A DNA stretch of 64,000 nt, taken from an uncultured Candidatus Saccharibacteria bacterium. GTDB lineage: Bacteria; Patescibacteriota; Minisyncoccia; Phycocordibacterales; SBAW01. The notes below the pieces were generated by a model that was not told the DNA's origin, did no database searches, and saw nothing but the letters and a program-made list of their open reading frames with translations. How positions within the stretch are numbered: the first letter of the stretch is position 1; every line of letters begins with the position of its first letter. Below, piece after piece: positions 27,509 through 36,851 of this stretch. The stretch spans positions 15,867 through 79,866 of the forward strand of contig CAYHDT010000003.1 of assembly GCA_964355655.1 (NCBI GenBank), read 5' to 3'. A program made the translations under genes and the position numbers.

Positions 27509-28231
27509 ATGGGTATGAAAGGACTCATTTTAGCGGGCGGCAAAGGCACCCGGCTCCAGCCGGCGACTTTGACCATGAACAAGCACATGGTGCCTATTCT
27601 GAACCGGCCGATGATTCTCTATCCGCTCGAGACCCTGCGGTACGCGGGCGTGACCGACGTCATGATAGTAACCGGCGGCGAGCATATCGGCTCTATTGCC
27701 GAGTTTTTGGGCGACGGGACCGAGTATGGCGTACGCCTTACCTACCGCGTGCAAAAAGATGCCGGCGGCATCGCCCAGGCGCTCGGCCTTGCTAAAGACT
27801 TTGTCGGCAACGACTCCGTATTGGTCATACTCGGCGACAACATTTACGAAAACAAAAAACTCCCCGCCGCGCTGCCTGCAGGAGTCGGAACAGACCGCGC
27901 CATGCTGTTTCTGTCGGAGGTCAAAGACCCCCAGCGTTTCGGCGTCGCCGCGGTGGAAAACGGCATCATTACCGGCATAGAGGAAAAGCCGGCCAAACCA
28001 AAAAGCAACTATGCGGTCACCGGCCTCTATCTGTACCCGCCGAACGTGTTCGATATCATACCGAGCCTTGTCCCTTCGGCCCGCGGCGAGCTCGAACTCT
28101 CCGACGTCAACAATTGGTACGTCAAGCGCAACGCGTGTTCGCATCACATTTTCAAAGGATTTTGGTCAGACGCCGGCACGCGCGACTCGCTGAGGGAGGT
28201 TATCGATTGGGTATACGCGCACGAATCTTAA
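27509..28231 (+). CDS. rmlA: Glucose-1-phosphate thymidylyltransferase (short form)
   Basis: MKGLILAGGKGTRLQP...; 240 aa short-type sugar nucleotidyltransferase divergent to rmlBCD. Confidence 0.75.
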   Translation: MGMKGLILAGGKGTRLQPATLTMNKHMVPILNRPMILYPLETLRYAGVTDVMIVTGGEHIGSIAEFLGDGTEYGVRLTYRVQKDAGGIAQALGLAKDFVGNDSVLVILGDNIYENKKLPAALPAGVGTDRAMLFLSEVKDPQRFGVAAVENGIITGIEEKPAKPKSNYAVTGLYLYPPNVFDIIPSLVPSARGELELSDVNNWYVKRNACSHHIFKGFWSDAGTRDSLREVIDWVYAHES

Positions 28232-28238
28232 GAGTATA

Positions 28239-28280
28239 AAAAATGCCACTCCGAAGGTCGGGGCGGCATTTTGTCTTTTG
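28239..28280. terminator. Bidirectional terminator between convergent rmlA and DUF218 gene
   Basis: AAAAATGCC...GGCATTTTGTCTTTT hairpin with internal CCGA/TCGG sub-stem. Confidence 0.45.
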
Positions 28281-28290
28281 GGAAAAGAGT

Positions 28291-28935
28291 TTAACTTCCC
28301 CGCTGCTGCATATATGCAAGCGTCTCTTCTGCCGACGGCAGGTTGCCCTGCTCGTAGTAGGCAAAGAGGCGTACTGTCTCCTGGAACATGAAATCCGCGC
28401 GGATGCCGCCGACCTTCCCTTGAGAATGGAGCGCCGGTTCGTCCCACAGTAGCGGAACTCCAAGCACCGGGTACACACGCAGAGAAGGATACTGCCGCCG
28501 ACAAGCGAGCACTGCGGTCATGAACGACCGCAAGAGATGCCAGTACGGAGCAACAAGCACGACCCGCTCCAGCTTCTGCTGCTTAGCATAGACAACCATC
28601 GCTTCAAGTTCGCTCAGAGTATGGATGATCTGTTTTTGATCGGCCATAACCAGAGACCCCTCGATACCGACGATGTTCCCGGCGGCGACATTGCGGCTCA
28701 GTAGCTCCTGCTTCCAGTGGTCGAAGCCGGGGAACCCACAGGCCTCCTCCGTGCCATTGTAGCCGATGAGCCCGATGAGCCCCTTCAGCTCCGCGGCCTT
28801 GTCGAGAACCGAACTTTCGTTCGACCGGGTCTGGCCTACTAAGTAAACCAGATCAGCTTCGGATGGAGGCCGCGAAGCGTCCTCCATTACCTTGCGGAAA
28901 AGCTTGTTAAGCGTGTCGGCATTTAGCACCCGCAC
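28291..28935 (-). CDS. DUF218 (YdcF/SanA/ElyC-like) domain protein
   Basis: 214 aa; VVLVAPYWHLLRSF resembles the DUF218 VTSxYHMxRA core. Confidence 0.4.
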   Translation of the reverse strand: MRVLNADTLNKLFRKVMEDASRPPSEADLVYLVGQTRSNESSVLDKAAELKGLIGLIGYNGTEEACGFPGFDHWKQELLSRNVAAGNIVGIEGSLVMADQKQIIHTLSELEAMVVYAKQQKLERVVLVAPYWHLLRSFMTAVLACRRQYPSLRVYPVLGVPLLWDEPALHSQGKVGGIRADFMFQETVRLFAYYEQGNLPSAEETLAYMQQRGS

Positions 28936-28985
28936 CCCCTCTTCTGGAATCTGAGATTCTGTCTATATTCCTTTTAGCACGTTCC

Positions 28986-30050
28986 TTAATTTTTGTCAAG
29001 CGATTCGAACACCGCTATCAGACGAGGAATTATTGCATTAAAACAATATTCTTCTTCGACGCGTTTCTGCCCGGCAGCGCCAAGTTTTGTCCGGAGTTGT
29101 CGGTCAAGGAGTAGTTGTTCTAGCTTGTCCACCCATTCGTCTTCATTTGCGGCGATAAAGCCGTTGACTCCGTCCGTAATAATGTAGGGCATCTCGCCGA
29201 ATTCGCTCACGATAGACGCAACTCCGCACGCCATATACTCAAGGATTTTGAAAGATGTCTTGGCTTTGTTCCACTCGCCATCGTTTTTATGCGGAAGAAC
29301 GCCTATGTCAAATTTCTGAATTTCCCGCGGCACGCTCTGCGGATTATTCCATTCCAGCGCATCAATAAACTCGACCTCAATGCCCGGAATATGCCGGAAT
29401 GTGTCATATACTTTCTGATTCTTCAGCGCTCCGATAAGTACAAACTTGAAGGGGACGCTGCTTTTTTTGAGCAGTCGCTCAAAGACAGCTGCGAGATTCT
29501 GGAGATTAAAAAGGTGTTCAGGTCCCGTACCTACCCACCCTACTACCACAGGGCTTGAAGGAATTAAATAATCCTTGGTAAATTTTTTATACGCTGCAAG
29601 ATTAAGAGCGATATGTATAACCTGAACGTTTTTATTAAACTGACGCGCCCACTGCGCCTGAGCATGGCTGCAGGTAATAACCACCTCCGCCATTTTACAG
29701 AACATCTTAGTCTTAAAAAAGCTATGCAGGTAGACCGGGTCGTCAAAGTCAAAAATCATCTTCCGACGGAAGAGCTTCAGATACACGACCATAATCACAA
29801 AGAAATATTTATTTGCTATAGTGCGCTGCAAATACACGATGTCACCTTTTTTGATATGACGGAGCGAGCCTATCATTTGTAGGATGAGTAGAAACTTTTT
29901 CGGCCAGTGCGTCCGCGAAAGCATGAGTGCTGGGGGGTGGTGGATGACCGCGTCTACTCCTCGTGCCCGTAGCTCCTCCACGACCCGGAACGCGCGCTGG
30001 CGCGAAGAGCCGCCCATTGCATCGCTAAAGGTAAAAAAATGCGTGGTCAC
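28986..30050 (-). CDS. Glycosyltransferase family 1 (GT4-like, GT-B)
   Basis: C-terminal EFGEMPYIITDGVNGFIA E-x7-E-like GT1 motif. Confidence 0.65.
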   Translation of the reverse strand: MTTHFFTFSDAMGGSSRQRAFRVVEELRARGVDAVIHHPPALMLSRTHWPKKFLLILQMIGSLRHIKKGDIVYLQRTIANKYFFVIMVVYLKLFRRKMIFDFDDPVYLHSFFKTKMFCKMAEVVITCSHAQAQWARQFNKNVQVIHIALNLAAYKKFTKDYLIPSSPVVVGWVGTGPEHLFNLQNLAAVFERLLKKSSVPFKFVLIGALKNQKVYDTFRHIPGIEVEFIDALEWNNPQSVPREIQKFDIGVLPHKNDGEWNKAKTSFKILEYMACGVASIVSEFGEMPYIITDGVNGFIAANEDEWVDKLEQLLLDRQLRTKLGAAGQKRVEEEYCFNAIIPRLIAVFESLDKN

Positions 30051-30055
30051 AGCGC

Positions 30056-31081
30056 TTACTGTATAAGACCGCTCTTTCTAATACAAGCCGCGGCTACTTC
30101 CGCCATGGATATTTGGTTAATACAGTCCGGATAGTGTTTGAAAACGTGCGGCTTGCATAAATCTTCGCGGGAAAATTGCGCAATTGGCGCGTCCGGGCCG
30201 TACTGTCCGGGGAACCACCAATTAGGGCCCAGGCACGTCCGGAGGACAACGAGCGGGCGGTGCAAGTGCGCGGTAAGGTGCGCCACGCCGGTATCAACGG
30301 ACACTACTCCCGCCGCGGCGGCGATAAGTCCCAACATCTCCTGCAAGGTCGCCTCCCCCGCCACAACAGTAGCGCGCGGCAAGCCTTCGGCGATACGCAG
30401 CGCCACAGCGCGGTCGACCTCTCCCCCGCTAAGCACGCAGTGCACGTATGGAGCCGCTTTTTGCAACTCCACTATAAGCTCGCGGACTTTATCCGGATGG
30501 AGGCTGCGGCCGGCATTGCCGGCAAAAGGATGAACAATGACATACGAACCCGCGGCCAAGTTAAATTTCTGCAGGACATCTCTTGCCGCGCGAGCTCGCA
30601 AAGCGGGATACGCGACCGGCACCCCGAGCCCCGCCGCGCGCAAAACTTCTCTTTCGTGCTCCGCGACTGCCGCGTCAGAACGGACAGGCAGGAGCCGGCT
30701 GTATAATGCGCTGTTCCATCGAAACGCGTCTGTAAAGCCTATAAATCCTCCCGGTCGCGCCAAGAGCCGGCCGGCGAGTTTGCCCGCGAGTCCGAATTGT
30801 CCGCCGTGCTTGCCCGCATATTGCGTTACCACCAAGTCGCTGCCGTTCCAGTCGCGCCACAACCTCCAAAGACCTTTAAGGTTGCGGCGGTTTGCCTCGA
30901 CGACCTCTATCCAGGGAGTATCCGCGAGCAAGTCGCGTATCATGTTGCCGCGGCCTGCAACTGCTATACCGCAGCGCGCATCGGGAAATTGCGCGTGGAT
31001 ATTTTCGAGCAGATAGCGGGCCATGAGGCAGTCGCCTATGGAGGACGCGCGGAAGACTAAAGCTTTATGCAGGGGTTTCAT
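30056..31081 (-). CDS. Glycosyltransferase family 9 (ADP-heptose:LPS heptosyltransferase-like)
   Basis: 341 aa; KALVFRASSIGDCLMARYLLENI N-terminus and GxxTGxxHLAxA-like C-domain typical of GT9. Confidence 0.65.
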   Translation of the reverse strand: MKPLHKALVFRASSIGDCLMARYLLENIHAQFPDARCGIAVAGRGNMIRDLLADTPWIEVVEANRRNLKGLWRLWRDWNGSDLVVTQYAGKHGGQFGLAGKLAGRLLARPGGFIGFTDAFRWNSALYSRLLPVRSDAAVAEHEREVLRAAGLGVPVAYPALRARAARDVLQKFNLAAGSYVIVHPFAGNAGRSLHPDKVRELIVELQKAAPYVHCVLSGGEVDRAVALRIAEGLPRATVVAGEATLQEMLGLIAAAAGVVSVDTGVAHLTAHLHRPLVVLRTCLGPNWWFPGQYGPDAPIAQFSREDLCKPHVFKHYPDCINQISMAEVAAACIRKSGLIQ

Positions 31082-31935
31082 ACTTTCTTATACCGGCCGG
31101 TTAAGCGGCGCGCTTTTACCGCAAGGTTATTGCCTATAGCGTAGGCTGCCGCATAACCGACCGACCGCGCGCAGTAGCCGCGCTTACATTCCCGCGGGAC
31201 GGCAAGTATGTCAAACGGCGCGCTGTCCGTGCGCAAAGCCCAAGCGCGCGGCGCGATAAGCGCCGTAATAAGAGTGAGGCCGCGGACGCGCGCCAGTTCA
31301 TAGGAGCCTTCTCTTTTTTCTATAGGCAAGTAGAGTCGGTATCCCCGAGCGGTAAAAAACCGCGCAAGCTGCCGCGGCGAGGCGCCGTGCGCGCGCAACT
31401 GCGAAAGATTAAGCTCAAAAAAAATGACCGGTCTGCACCTCTCAATCAACGCCGCTCCGCCGGCAAATACTTCGGCCTCCATTCCCTCGACGTCAATTTT
31501 AATAAAATCGGCGCGGGGAACTTCTTGGTCGAGAGTGCCTATCGCGACATCACTGCCCGGCACCAGCGAGTGCGCGCCGGCGTTTGCGGCATTGCGGTGC
31601 GCCATAGAGCCCTGCCCGGCGCGCGCGCCGAGCGCCTTGTTGCGCGTATCGATGTCGCAGCTGTTCTGTAAGGCATTGCGCTTCAGCGTCGCAAAAGTTT
31701 CCGCGGACGGCTCAAACGCCACAACGCGCGCCACAGAGCGTGATATCGGAATTGCAAAAGTCCCGATATGCGCCCCTATGTCCAGCACCACGCTCTCCTT
31801 GCCGGTAAACTGCCTCGCCAGCTCCACCAGCGCCGCATTTGGATGCTTGCCGCGCGCGAGCTGGCCGCTCATTTTTTTGTCGTACACAGGGTCGACAAAA
31901 AACTCGCCGTATATGGTTTTGGTTAAGATATTCAT
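31078..31935 (-). CDS. FkbM family methyltransferase
   Basis: VLDIGAHIGTFAI motif of FkbM-type MTs. Confidence 0.6.
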   Translation of the reverse strand: MNILTKTIYGEFFVDPVYDKKMSGQLARGKHPNAALVELARQFTGKESVVLDIGAHIGTFAIPISRSVARVVAFEPSAETFATLKRNALQNSCDIDTRNKALGARAGQGSMAHRNAANAGAHSLVPGSDVAIGTLDQEVPRADFIKIDVEGMEAEVFAGGAALIERCRPVIFFELNLSQLRAHGASPRQLARFFTARGYRLYLPIEKREGSYELARVRGLTLITALIAPRAWALRTDSAPFDILAVPRECKRGYCARSVGYAAAYAIGNNLAVKARRLTGRYKKV

Positions 31936-32825
31936 AATGAAAGCCCTTTGCGGATTTTTTGCAAAAACGCATAAAATGGCAGCGTGCGCGCCCAGGATTT
32001 AAATTTCCGCACGCCGCCGCTTGCGCTTATACGCGCCGGATACCGCCGCTTATGCGGCGGCAGCACTTGCAGCTTTTCTTCGTCTATTGGCAAGCCGTGC
32101 CAAATAAGCCGCGTATGCCCGGAAATTTTAAGCGTGCCGTCATACAGCTGAAACAGCTTGGTCTCGAAGCGGCGGTCGGTATGCAACGCCTCGATAGAGT
32201 TGTCGGTAATGCCGAAACGGGCAAAGAGCTCCCGCTCGACAAAAAAAGCATTCGTCTCATTGGCGGCGACGAGCTCGTACCCTTTTTGCCTGCCAAGCTC
32301 GACGAACGCCCGCAGGCTCGAGCCTTGGAAGACGCTCATATCGCGCGGCTGCACAAACACGGTGTCATTCGGGATAGACGGATTAAACTCCACCAGCATG
32401 ACCCGCGGACGGTACGCTGCCAAAGAATCCCAAAGATGATACTCATTGCCGTCGATGTCGAGCGAGAAGAGGTCAAATTTTTTCGGCAATGCGGTTTTTG
32501 CAAAAATAGTGTCCAAAGACTGCGCCCCTTCAAATGATACGAAAGAATTAATACACGCTACGTTCGGCGCACCGGCAAACTCTTGCTCCAATTTTTTAAA
32601 GTAGGTCGTGTCCGCCTCTATAAGCACGCCGCTCCAACCCTCATGCTTGATGAGCTGCCAGACATTGCTGCCGTGCACGCCGTTTAAGGCGCCAAGCTCG
32701 ACGCACGAGCGCGACCCCGGCCCGATTATTTCAAATATGCGCTTAATAACCCCGTCTTCCCCGTGCTCGGAGGTAACGTCGCGGCTGTACGCAAGAAGAT
32801 TTGCTTTATCAAAGGGCTGGTTCAT
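31932..32825 (-). CDS. FkbM family methyltransferase (second copy)
   Basis: EHGEDGVIKRIF...SLDIDGNEYHLW typical FkbM-domain motifs; start taken at MNQPFDK (ORF to 32987 would overlap upstream gene by 178 nt). Confidence 0.5.
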   Translation of the reverse strand: MNQPFDKANLLAYSRDVTSEHGEDGVIKRIFEIIGPGSRSCVELGALNGVHGSNVWQLIKHEGWSGVLIEADTTYFKKLEQEFAGAPNVACINSFVSFEGAQSLDTIFAKTALPKKFDLFSLDIDGNEYHLWDSLAAYRPRVMLVEFNPSIPNDTVFVQPRDMSVFQGSSLRAFVELGRQKGYELVAANETNAFFVERELFARFGITDNSIEALHTDRRFETKLFQLYDGTLKISGHTRLIWHGLPIDEEKLQVLPPHKRRYPARISASGGVRKFKSWARTLPFYAFLQKIRKGLSL

Positions 32826-33957
32826 GGAGTGTGGAGTTAATAAAATGTAGCACGCGCTGCGCCCTATGGCTCCACGTTCGGGACTGTACGGCACGCGCAG
32901 CTTCAGCAATAAGCGGGGCGTGCTTTCCGTCGCGCGAGACCGCTTGCCGCACTTTATTTGCCAGATCCTCCGCATTATCCGGCTCATACAGCAAAGCGGA
33001 GCGCGTAGAGAGTATTTCTTTGAGGGCCGGAGTGCCGCTGGCGACTATAGGGCGGCCTGCGGCCATATACTCAAAAAGCTTCATAGGAGACGTCCATCGA
33101 TACGACTGCTCATCGCGCTTTGTACCCAGCACCACCACCGCGTCCGCCGCGGCAATCCACAGCGGCATTTCCTTGTGGGGGCGCCCGCCCGAGAAATACA
33201 GATTTTTTGGGAGAGTCTCTTCCACAACGGCGGCGAATTCATCTTGCGTGCCGCCCACTATTTGCCAGCGGATATCCGGCGTCAACGCGGCGGCTCGCGG
33301 GATTATTTCAAGGCCTTTCCAATCGTAAAATCTCCCGGCATACAGCACAACAGGAACGTCGGGTAATCCTACCGCGGCGCGGGCCGGCGCTTTGTCCTGC
33401 GGAGAAAATGATTCAAGATCGACGCCGTTTTGCTCGACCAGAAAGCGAGCACCGGAGCGCATAAACGTTTTTTTCAGCTCTTTAACAATAATTTCATTTA
33501 TAGCTATGACACCGCGCACCCTCCAAAATAATACCCGTTGGACGAACGTGCGGGGCTTGGCTCCGTGCATTTCGGAAAATAACGGCACAGGAATCAGCGC
33601 CAACAGAAAAGAAGAGTACCGGTCAACATCAACGGTGTAGAGTAAAAAACGTTCTCCTTTCAAGTACCGGTACCATAGAAAGACACTATAGGAGATCATG
33701 AAAGAAAGCGTCATGCAAAAGTAACCGAACCGTTTATAGCGGTGCAGCTCGAGCGCGGGGAGCCACAGCGTCGGAACGTCGACCTTTAATCCGTAAAACT
33801 CCCGCACAGACTCTTGCGCGCCGCGGCGGGGCACAACCAGCGTCAAGTCGACCCCTGCTTCAATAAGCGCTTCGCACATTTTTGCCATCTGGATGCCGTA
33901 CGCTTTTTCGTTCGGCATCCGTGCACTGGCTACATAGTAGAGTGTTTGTTTTTTCAT
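32809..33957 (-). CDS. Glycosyltransferase family 4 (GT-B)
   Basis: Glyco_trans_4-like N domain + Glycos_transf_1 C domain (DAVVVLGTKRDE...E motif). Confidence 0.65.
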   Translation of the reverse strand: MKKQTLYYVASARMPNEKAYGIQMAKMCEALIEAGVDLTLVVPRRGAQESVREFYGLKVDVPTLWLPALELHRYKRFGYFCMTLSFMISYSVFLWYRYLKGERFLLYTVDVDRYSSFLLALIPVPLFSEMHGAKPRTFVQRVLFWRVRGVIAINEIIVKELKKTFMRSGARFLVEQNGVDLESFSPQDKAPARAAVGLPDVPVVLYAGRFYDWKGLEIIPRAAALTPDIRWQIVGGTQDEFAAVVEETLPKNLYFSGGRPHKEMPLWIAAADAVVVLGTKRDEQSYRWTSPMKLFEYMAAGRPIVASGTPALKEILSTRSALLYEPDNAEDLANKVRQAVSRDGKHAPLIAEAARAVQSRTWSHRAQRVLHFINSTLHEPAL

Positions 33958-33958
33958 A

Positions 33959-34792
33959 TCAGACGCAAAGCAGATTGGCGTATTGTTCTCCATGCAGAGT
34001 GTTGGTAAATGAGCGAATGTCGTCGATCTTCTCTTTGTTTTTTGTGCCTTCGTCTACGCTGTAGAGTACATACCCGTACCGCAGAAGCATTTCGAGCATT
34101 TTGATCGGGTCGTGTCCGCTCTCGCGTATCGATTTTGGATCGTACTCCATAAGCAGTGCGGGTTTCATACTGAGCGTCTTTTGCATGCCCGCAAAGGCGC
34201 GCGGCTCGGCTCCTTGTATGTCGATCTTTATTACATCTACTTTGCCAATGTTATGTTGCTCTAGCCATTCGTCTAATACAATGGTTTTCACTACCTGTTC
34301 TCCCTCGGTATCCGAGGGTTTATATAAAGAGTGCTTGCCCTTGTTTCCTTTTGAGAGAAAGAGCGTGAGCTCGCCCTCTGTGTCTGCCACCGCCACTTGA
34401 GCCGGTTGTATGTTTTTGAAACCGTTATCTGATATATTTTTTTTGAGTATCTCGAAATTCTGCGTCTCTGGTTCAAAAGAGGCAACCACTCCCCCTTCTC
34501 CCACAAGGTGCGCGGCAATAACCGTATAGAGTCCTACGTTTGCGCCGATATCAAGCACGGTCATACCCTTGTGCACCAGTGAGCGAAACAAATCGAGCTG
34601 ATAGGTCTCGTACACACCGAGAGCCAAAGCCCCCGAGATGACCGGGTCCTTGGGATGCAGGTTCACGACGCCTTCTTTAAGACGGACCTGTTTAGGGATA
34701 AGCAAGAGGAGCAGATTGTCGGCCATCCACCGAAGAGGCTTTGGTTTTAATATGACCGTGTATACGAACATTGCTATGTTGGTGAGCGACAT
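33959..34792 (-). CDS. FkbM family methyltransferase (third copy)
   Basis: VLDIGANVGLYTVIAA. Confidence 0.55.
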   Translation of the reverse strand: MSLTNIAMFVYTVILKPKPLRWMADNLLLLLIPKQVRLKEGVVNLHPKDPVISGALALGVYETYQLDLFRSLVHKGMTVLDIGANVGLYTVIAAHLVGEGGVVASFEPETQNFEILKKNISDNGFKNIQPAQVAVADTEGELTLFLSKGNKGKHSLYKPSDTEGEQVVKTIVLDEWLEQHNIGKVDVIKIDIQGAEPRAFAGMQKTLSMKPALLMEYDPKSIRESGHDPIKMLEMLLRYGYVLYSVDEGTKNKEKIDDIRSFTNTLHGEQYANLLCV

Positions 34793-34800
34793 ACAGATAT

Positions 34801-35658
34801 TTACTTTTTCTTGCGCGCAATTACAAACATATTGTCGTGTAAATTTATAGGGATCGCTATGTGCCAAAGCGGCATACGCTCGCAAAAATCAGCAAGAAAT
34901 TTCCACATACGCAATCCTTGCCATATATAGAGCGTTTTAAAAACAAGCTGAGGGGTGAAGCGTTTTCCTATCGTTGTTATACATACTATCTCAAACCCTA
35001 TTCCCTCAAGCATCGTCCGCATATTTTTACGATTGAAATAAAAAAGGTGTTCGGGCGGTATAATGAGATGCCATTTTTTCCCCATGAGTCGCGCATAGAG
35101 GCTCCCCATGTCGGGCGTGTTGATCACCAGCACTCCGCCTTTTATAAGCAGTGTGTAAGCGCGCAGACACTCGGCATAAGGGTCGCTGACATGCTCTATC
35201 ACGTCAAGGATCGTTATCACGTCAAACGGGGGTGCGTCGGGCACATTGTGGAGCGTCCCCGTTATCATGGGTATCCCTTTTTTTGCGGCTTGTCCAGAAG
35301 CGTAGGGGGATATTTCAACTCCGTAGACATCAAAACCAAAACGCTTCGCGATTTGCAGAAAAAAACCAGTGGCGGCGCCTACATCAAGTATCCGTTTACC
35401 GGGGGCGAGCGGCGCTATACGCTTGAGATATTTTTCGAAAGTAGGCACCATAGCCTCTTTGTCGGCATCATAGTTGGAATATCCGGAGTGAGCTGATGCG
35501 CCGGAAAAATAACCCTCTGTATATACTGCGGCAGCATCAGGCACCGGGTGGACAAACGTCAGCGCGCAACCTCTGCAGGTGTAGAGCGTATAGCCATTTT
35601 TGTGCCCAAAAATATCCGATGGCGCCCCGCACAATATGCAATGAGGATTTTTATCCAT
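34801..35658 (-). CDS. Class I SAM-dependent methyltransferase with N-terminal zinc ribbon
   Basis: CILCGAP...CRGCAL zinc ribbon; ILDVGAATGFFL motif I. Confidence 0.6.
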   Translation of the reverse strand: MDKNPHCILCGAPSDIFGHKNGYTLYTCRGCALTFVHPVPDAAAVYTEGYFSGASAHSGYSNYDADKEAMVPTFEKYLKRIAPLAPGKRILDVGAATGFFLQIAKRFGFDVYGVEISPYASGQAAKKGIPMITGTLHNVPDAPPFDVITILDVIEHVSDPYAECLRAYTLLIKGGVLVINTPDMGSLYARLMGKKWHLIIPPEHLFYFNRKNMRTMLEGIGFEIVCITTIGKRFTPQLVFKTLYIWQGLRMWKFLADFCERMPLWHIAIPINLHDNMFVIARKKK

Positions 35659-36403
35659 GATGAGGGCGGGTGGCGGTGGCCACAGAAGGGTCGCTGAACC
35701 ACCGGCGATAAAATAATCGCCATGGAGTCTTAAGACCCTCTCTGATTATATGACGCGAGATCTTCGACTCTCCCTCCCGTCGAGCTTTAAATATAATGGG
35801 GACTTCTTTGACATTGCATTTGAGCGTGTGCGCCGCACAAAATTTTAACTCCATTTGGAACGCATATCCGGACGCTCGTATATGAGAAAAATCTACCTTG
35901 CGCAGCAAGTTCGTCCGAAAGCACATGAAGCCAGCCGTTAAGTCTTTGATAGGAAGCCCCATGATAGTGCGGGCATATAGATTACCAACTTGCGAGAGTG
36001 TGTAGCGCCACTTCTCCCAATTTTCAATTCCTCCACCTTTTACATATCGAGAACCTATGACCAAATCATACTTTTCGCTTGCAGAAAGAAGGTCTCGTAA
36101 ATACTGCGCCGCATGCGAGCCGTCGGCATCCATAGTGACCACCCGGTCGACCGATTCGTCTTTGATTACTTGCAACATCCCGGCCTTGTATGCCTCTCCA
36201 AGGCCGTCTTTGCCGGGACGCGAGAGAAGCGCCAGGTTTGGATAGGTGCCCATCAGCGAGCGCACGGCCTCTCCTGTACCGTCGGGGGAAGAGTCGTCAA
36301 TAACGAGGACGCGCAACGCGGGGTCTATCTTAAAAATCTCTTCTACGATAAGCGAAATGTTATCTCGCTCATTATAGGTAGGTAATAATACGACAGTCTT
36401 ATT
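35651..36403 (-). CDS. Polyprenyl-phosphate glycosyltransferase (DPM1/GtrB-like GT2)
   Basis: MNKTVVLLPTYNERDNI...VIDDSSPDGTGE typical Dpm1/GtrB N-terminus; start at MNKTVV. Confidence 0.7.
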   Translation of the reverse strand, partial: NKTVVLLPTYNERDNISLIVEEIFKIDPALRVLVIDDSSPDGTGEAVRSLMGTYPNLALLSRPGKDGLGEAYKAGMLQVIKDESVDRVVTMDADGSHAAQYLRDLLSASEKYDLVIGSRYVKGGGIENWEKWRYTLSQVGNLYARTIMGLPIKDLTAGFMCFRTNLLRKVDFSHIRASGYAFQMELKFCAAHTLKCNVKEVPIIFKARREGESKISRHIIREGLKTPWRLFYRRWFSDPSVATATRPHHG

Positions 36404-36831
36404 CATACTCTGGTACGGAAGGTTATAAAGTAATTTGCAATAAAACTCAATGCCGCAAGAATTACAATAATACTTACCTGCGCCATGAGGTACCATACAT
36501 GGAAGAAGTTGAGCCCCAACGCTTCTAGCAGGACTTTAGCGAGATGCAAGAGAGAAACATTTAACCCGAGATTTATCAGTGCAATAAAAGTGTACAAAGA
36601 AAATTGTTTGTGCAGTTGTTCGCGCGCATAGTCCCGAAATGTCCAATATTTTTGGAGTGTAAACGTTACGGCAAGGGCGAGACAGAAACCGACCGTCGCA
36701 CCAACAAGGTAGTGTGCTTGCAGATGCAGTAACTCTACCCATATATAGAGCGTCGTAGTTTGTATGAGCCCGCCGGAAACCCCAACAACACCATACCGCA
36801 GAAGAAACCAGGAATTTGAAGAAATATTCAT
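36403..36831 (-). CDS. GtrA-family small membrane protein (flippase-like)
   Basis: 142 aa, 4 TM, adjacent to GtrB-like GT2 as in gtrAB modules. Confidence 0.6.
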   Translation of the reverse strand: MNISSNSWFLLRYGVVGVSGGLIQTTTLYIWVELLHLQAHYLVGATVGFCLALAVTFTLQKYWTFRDYAREQLHKQFSLYTFIALINLGLNVSLLHLAKVLLEALGLNFFHVWYLMAQVSIIVILAALSFIANYFITFRTRV

Positions 36832-36851
36832 GATACGTATCTATACCACAT

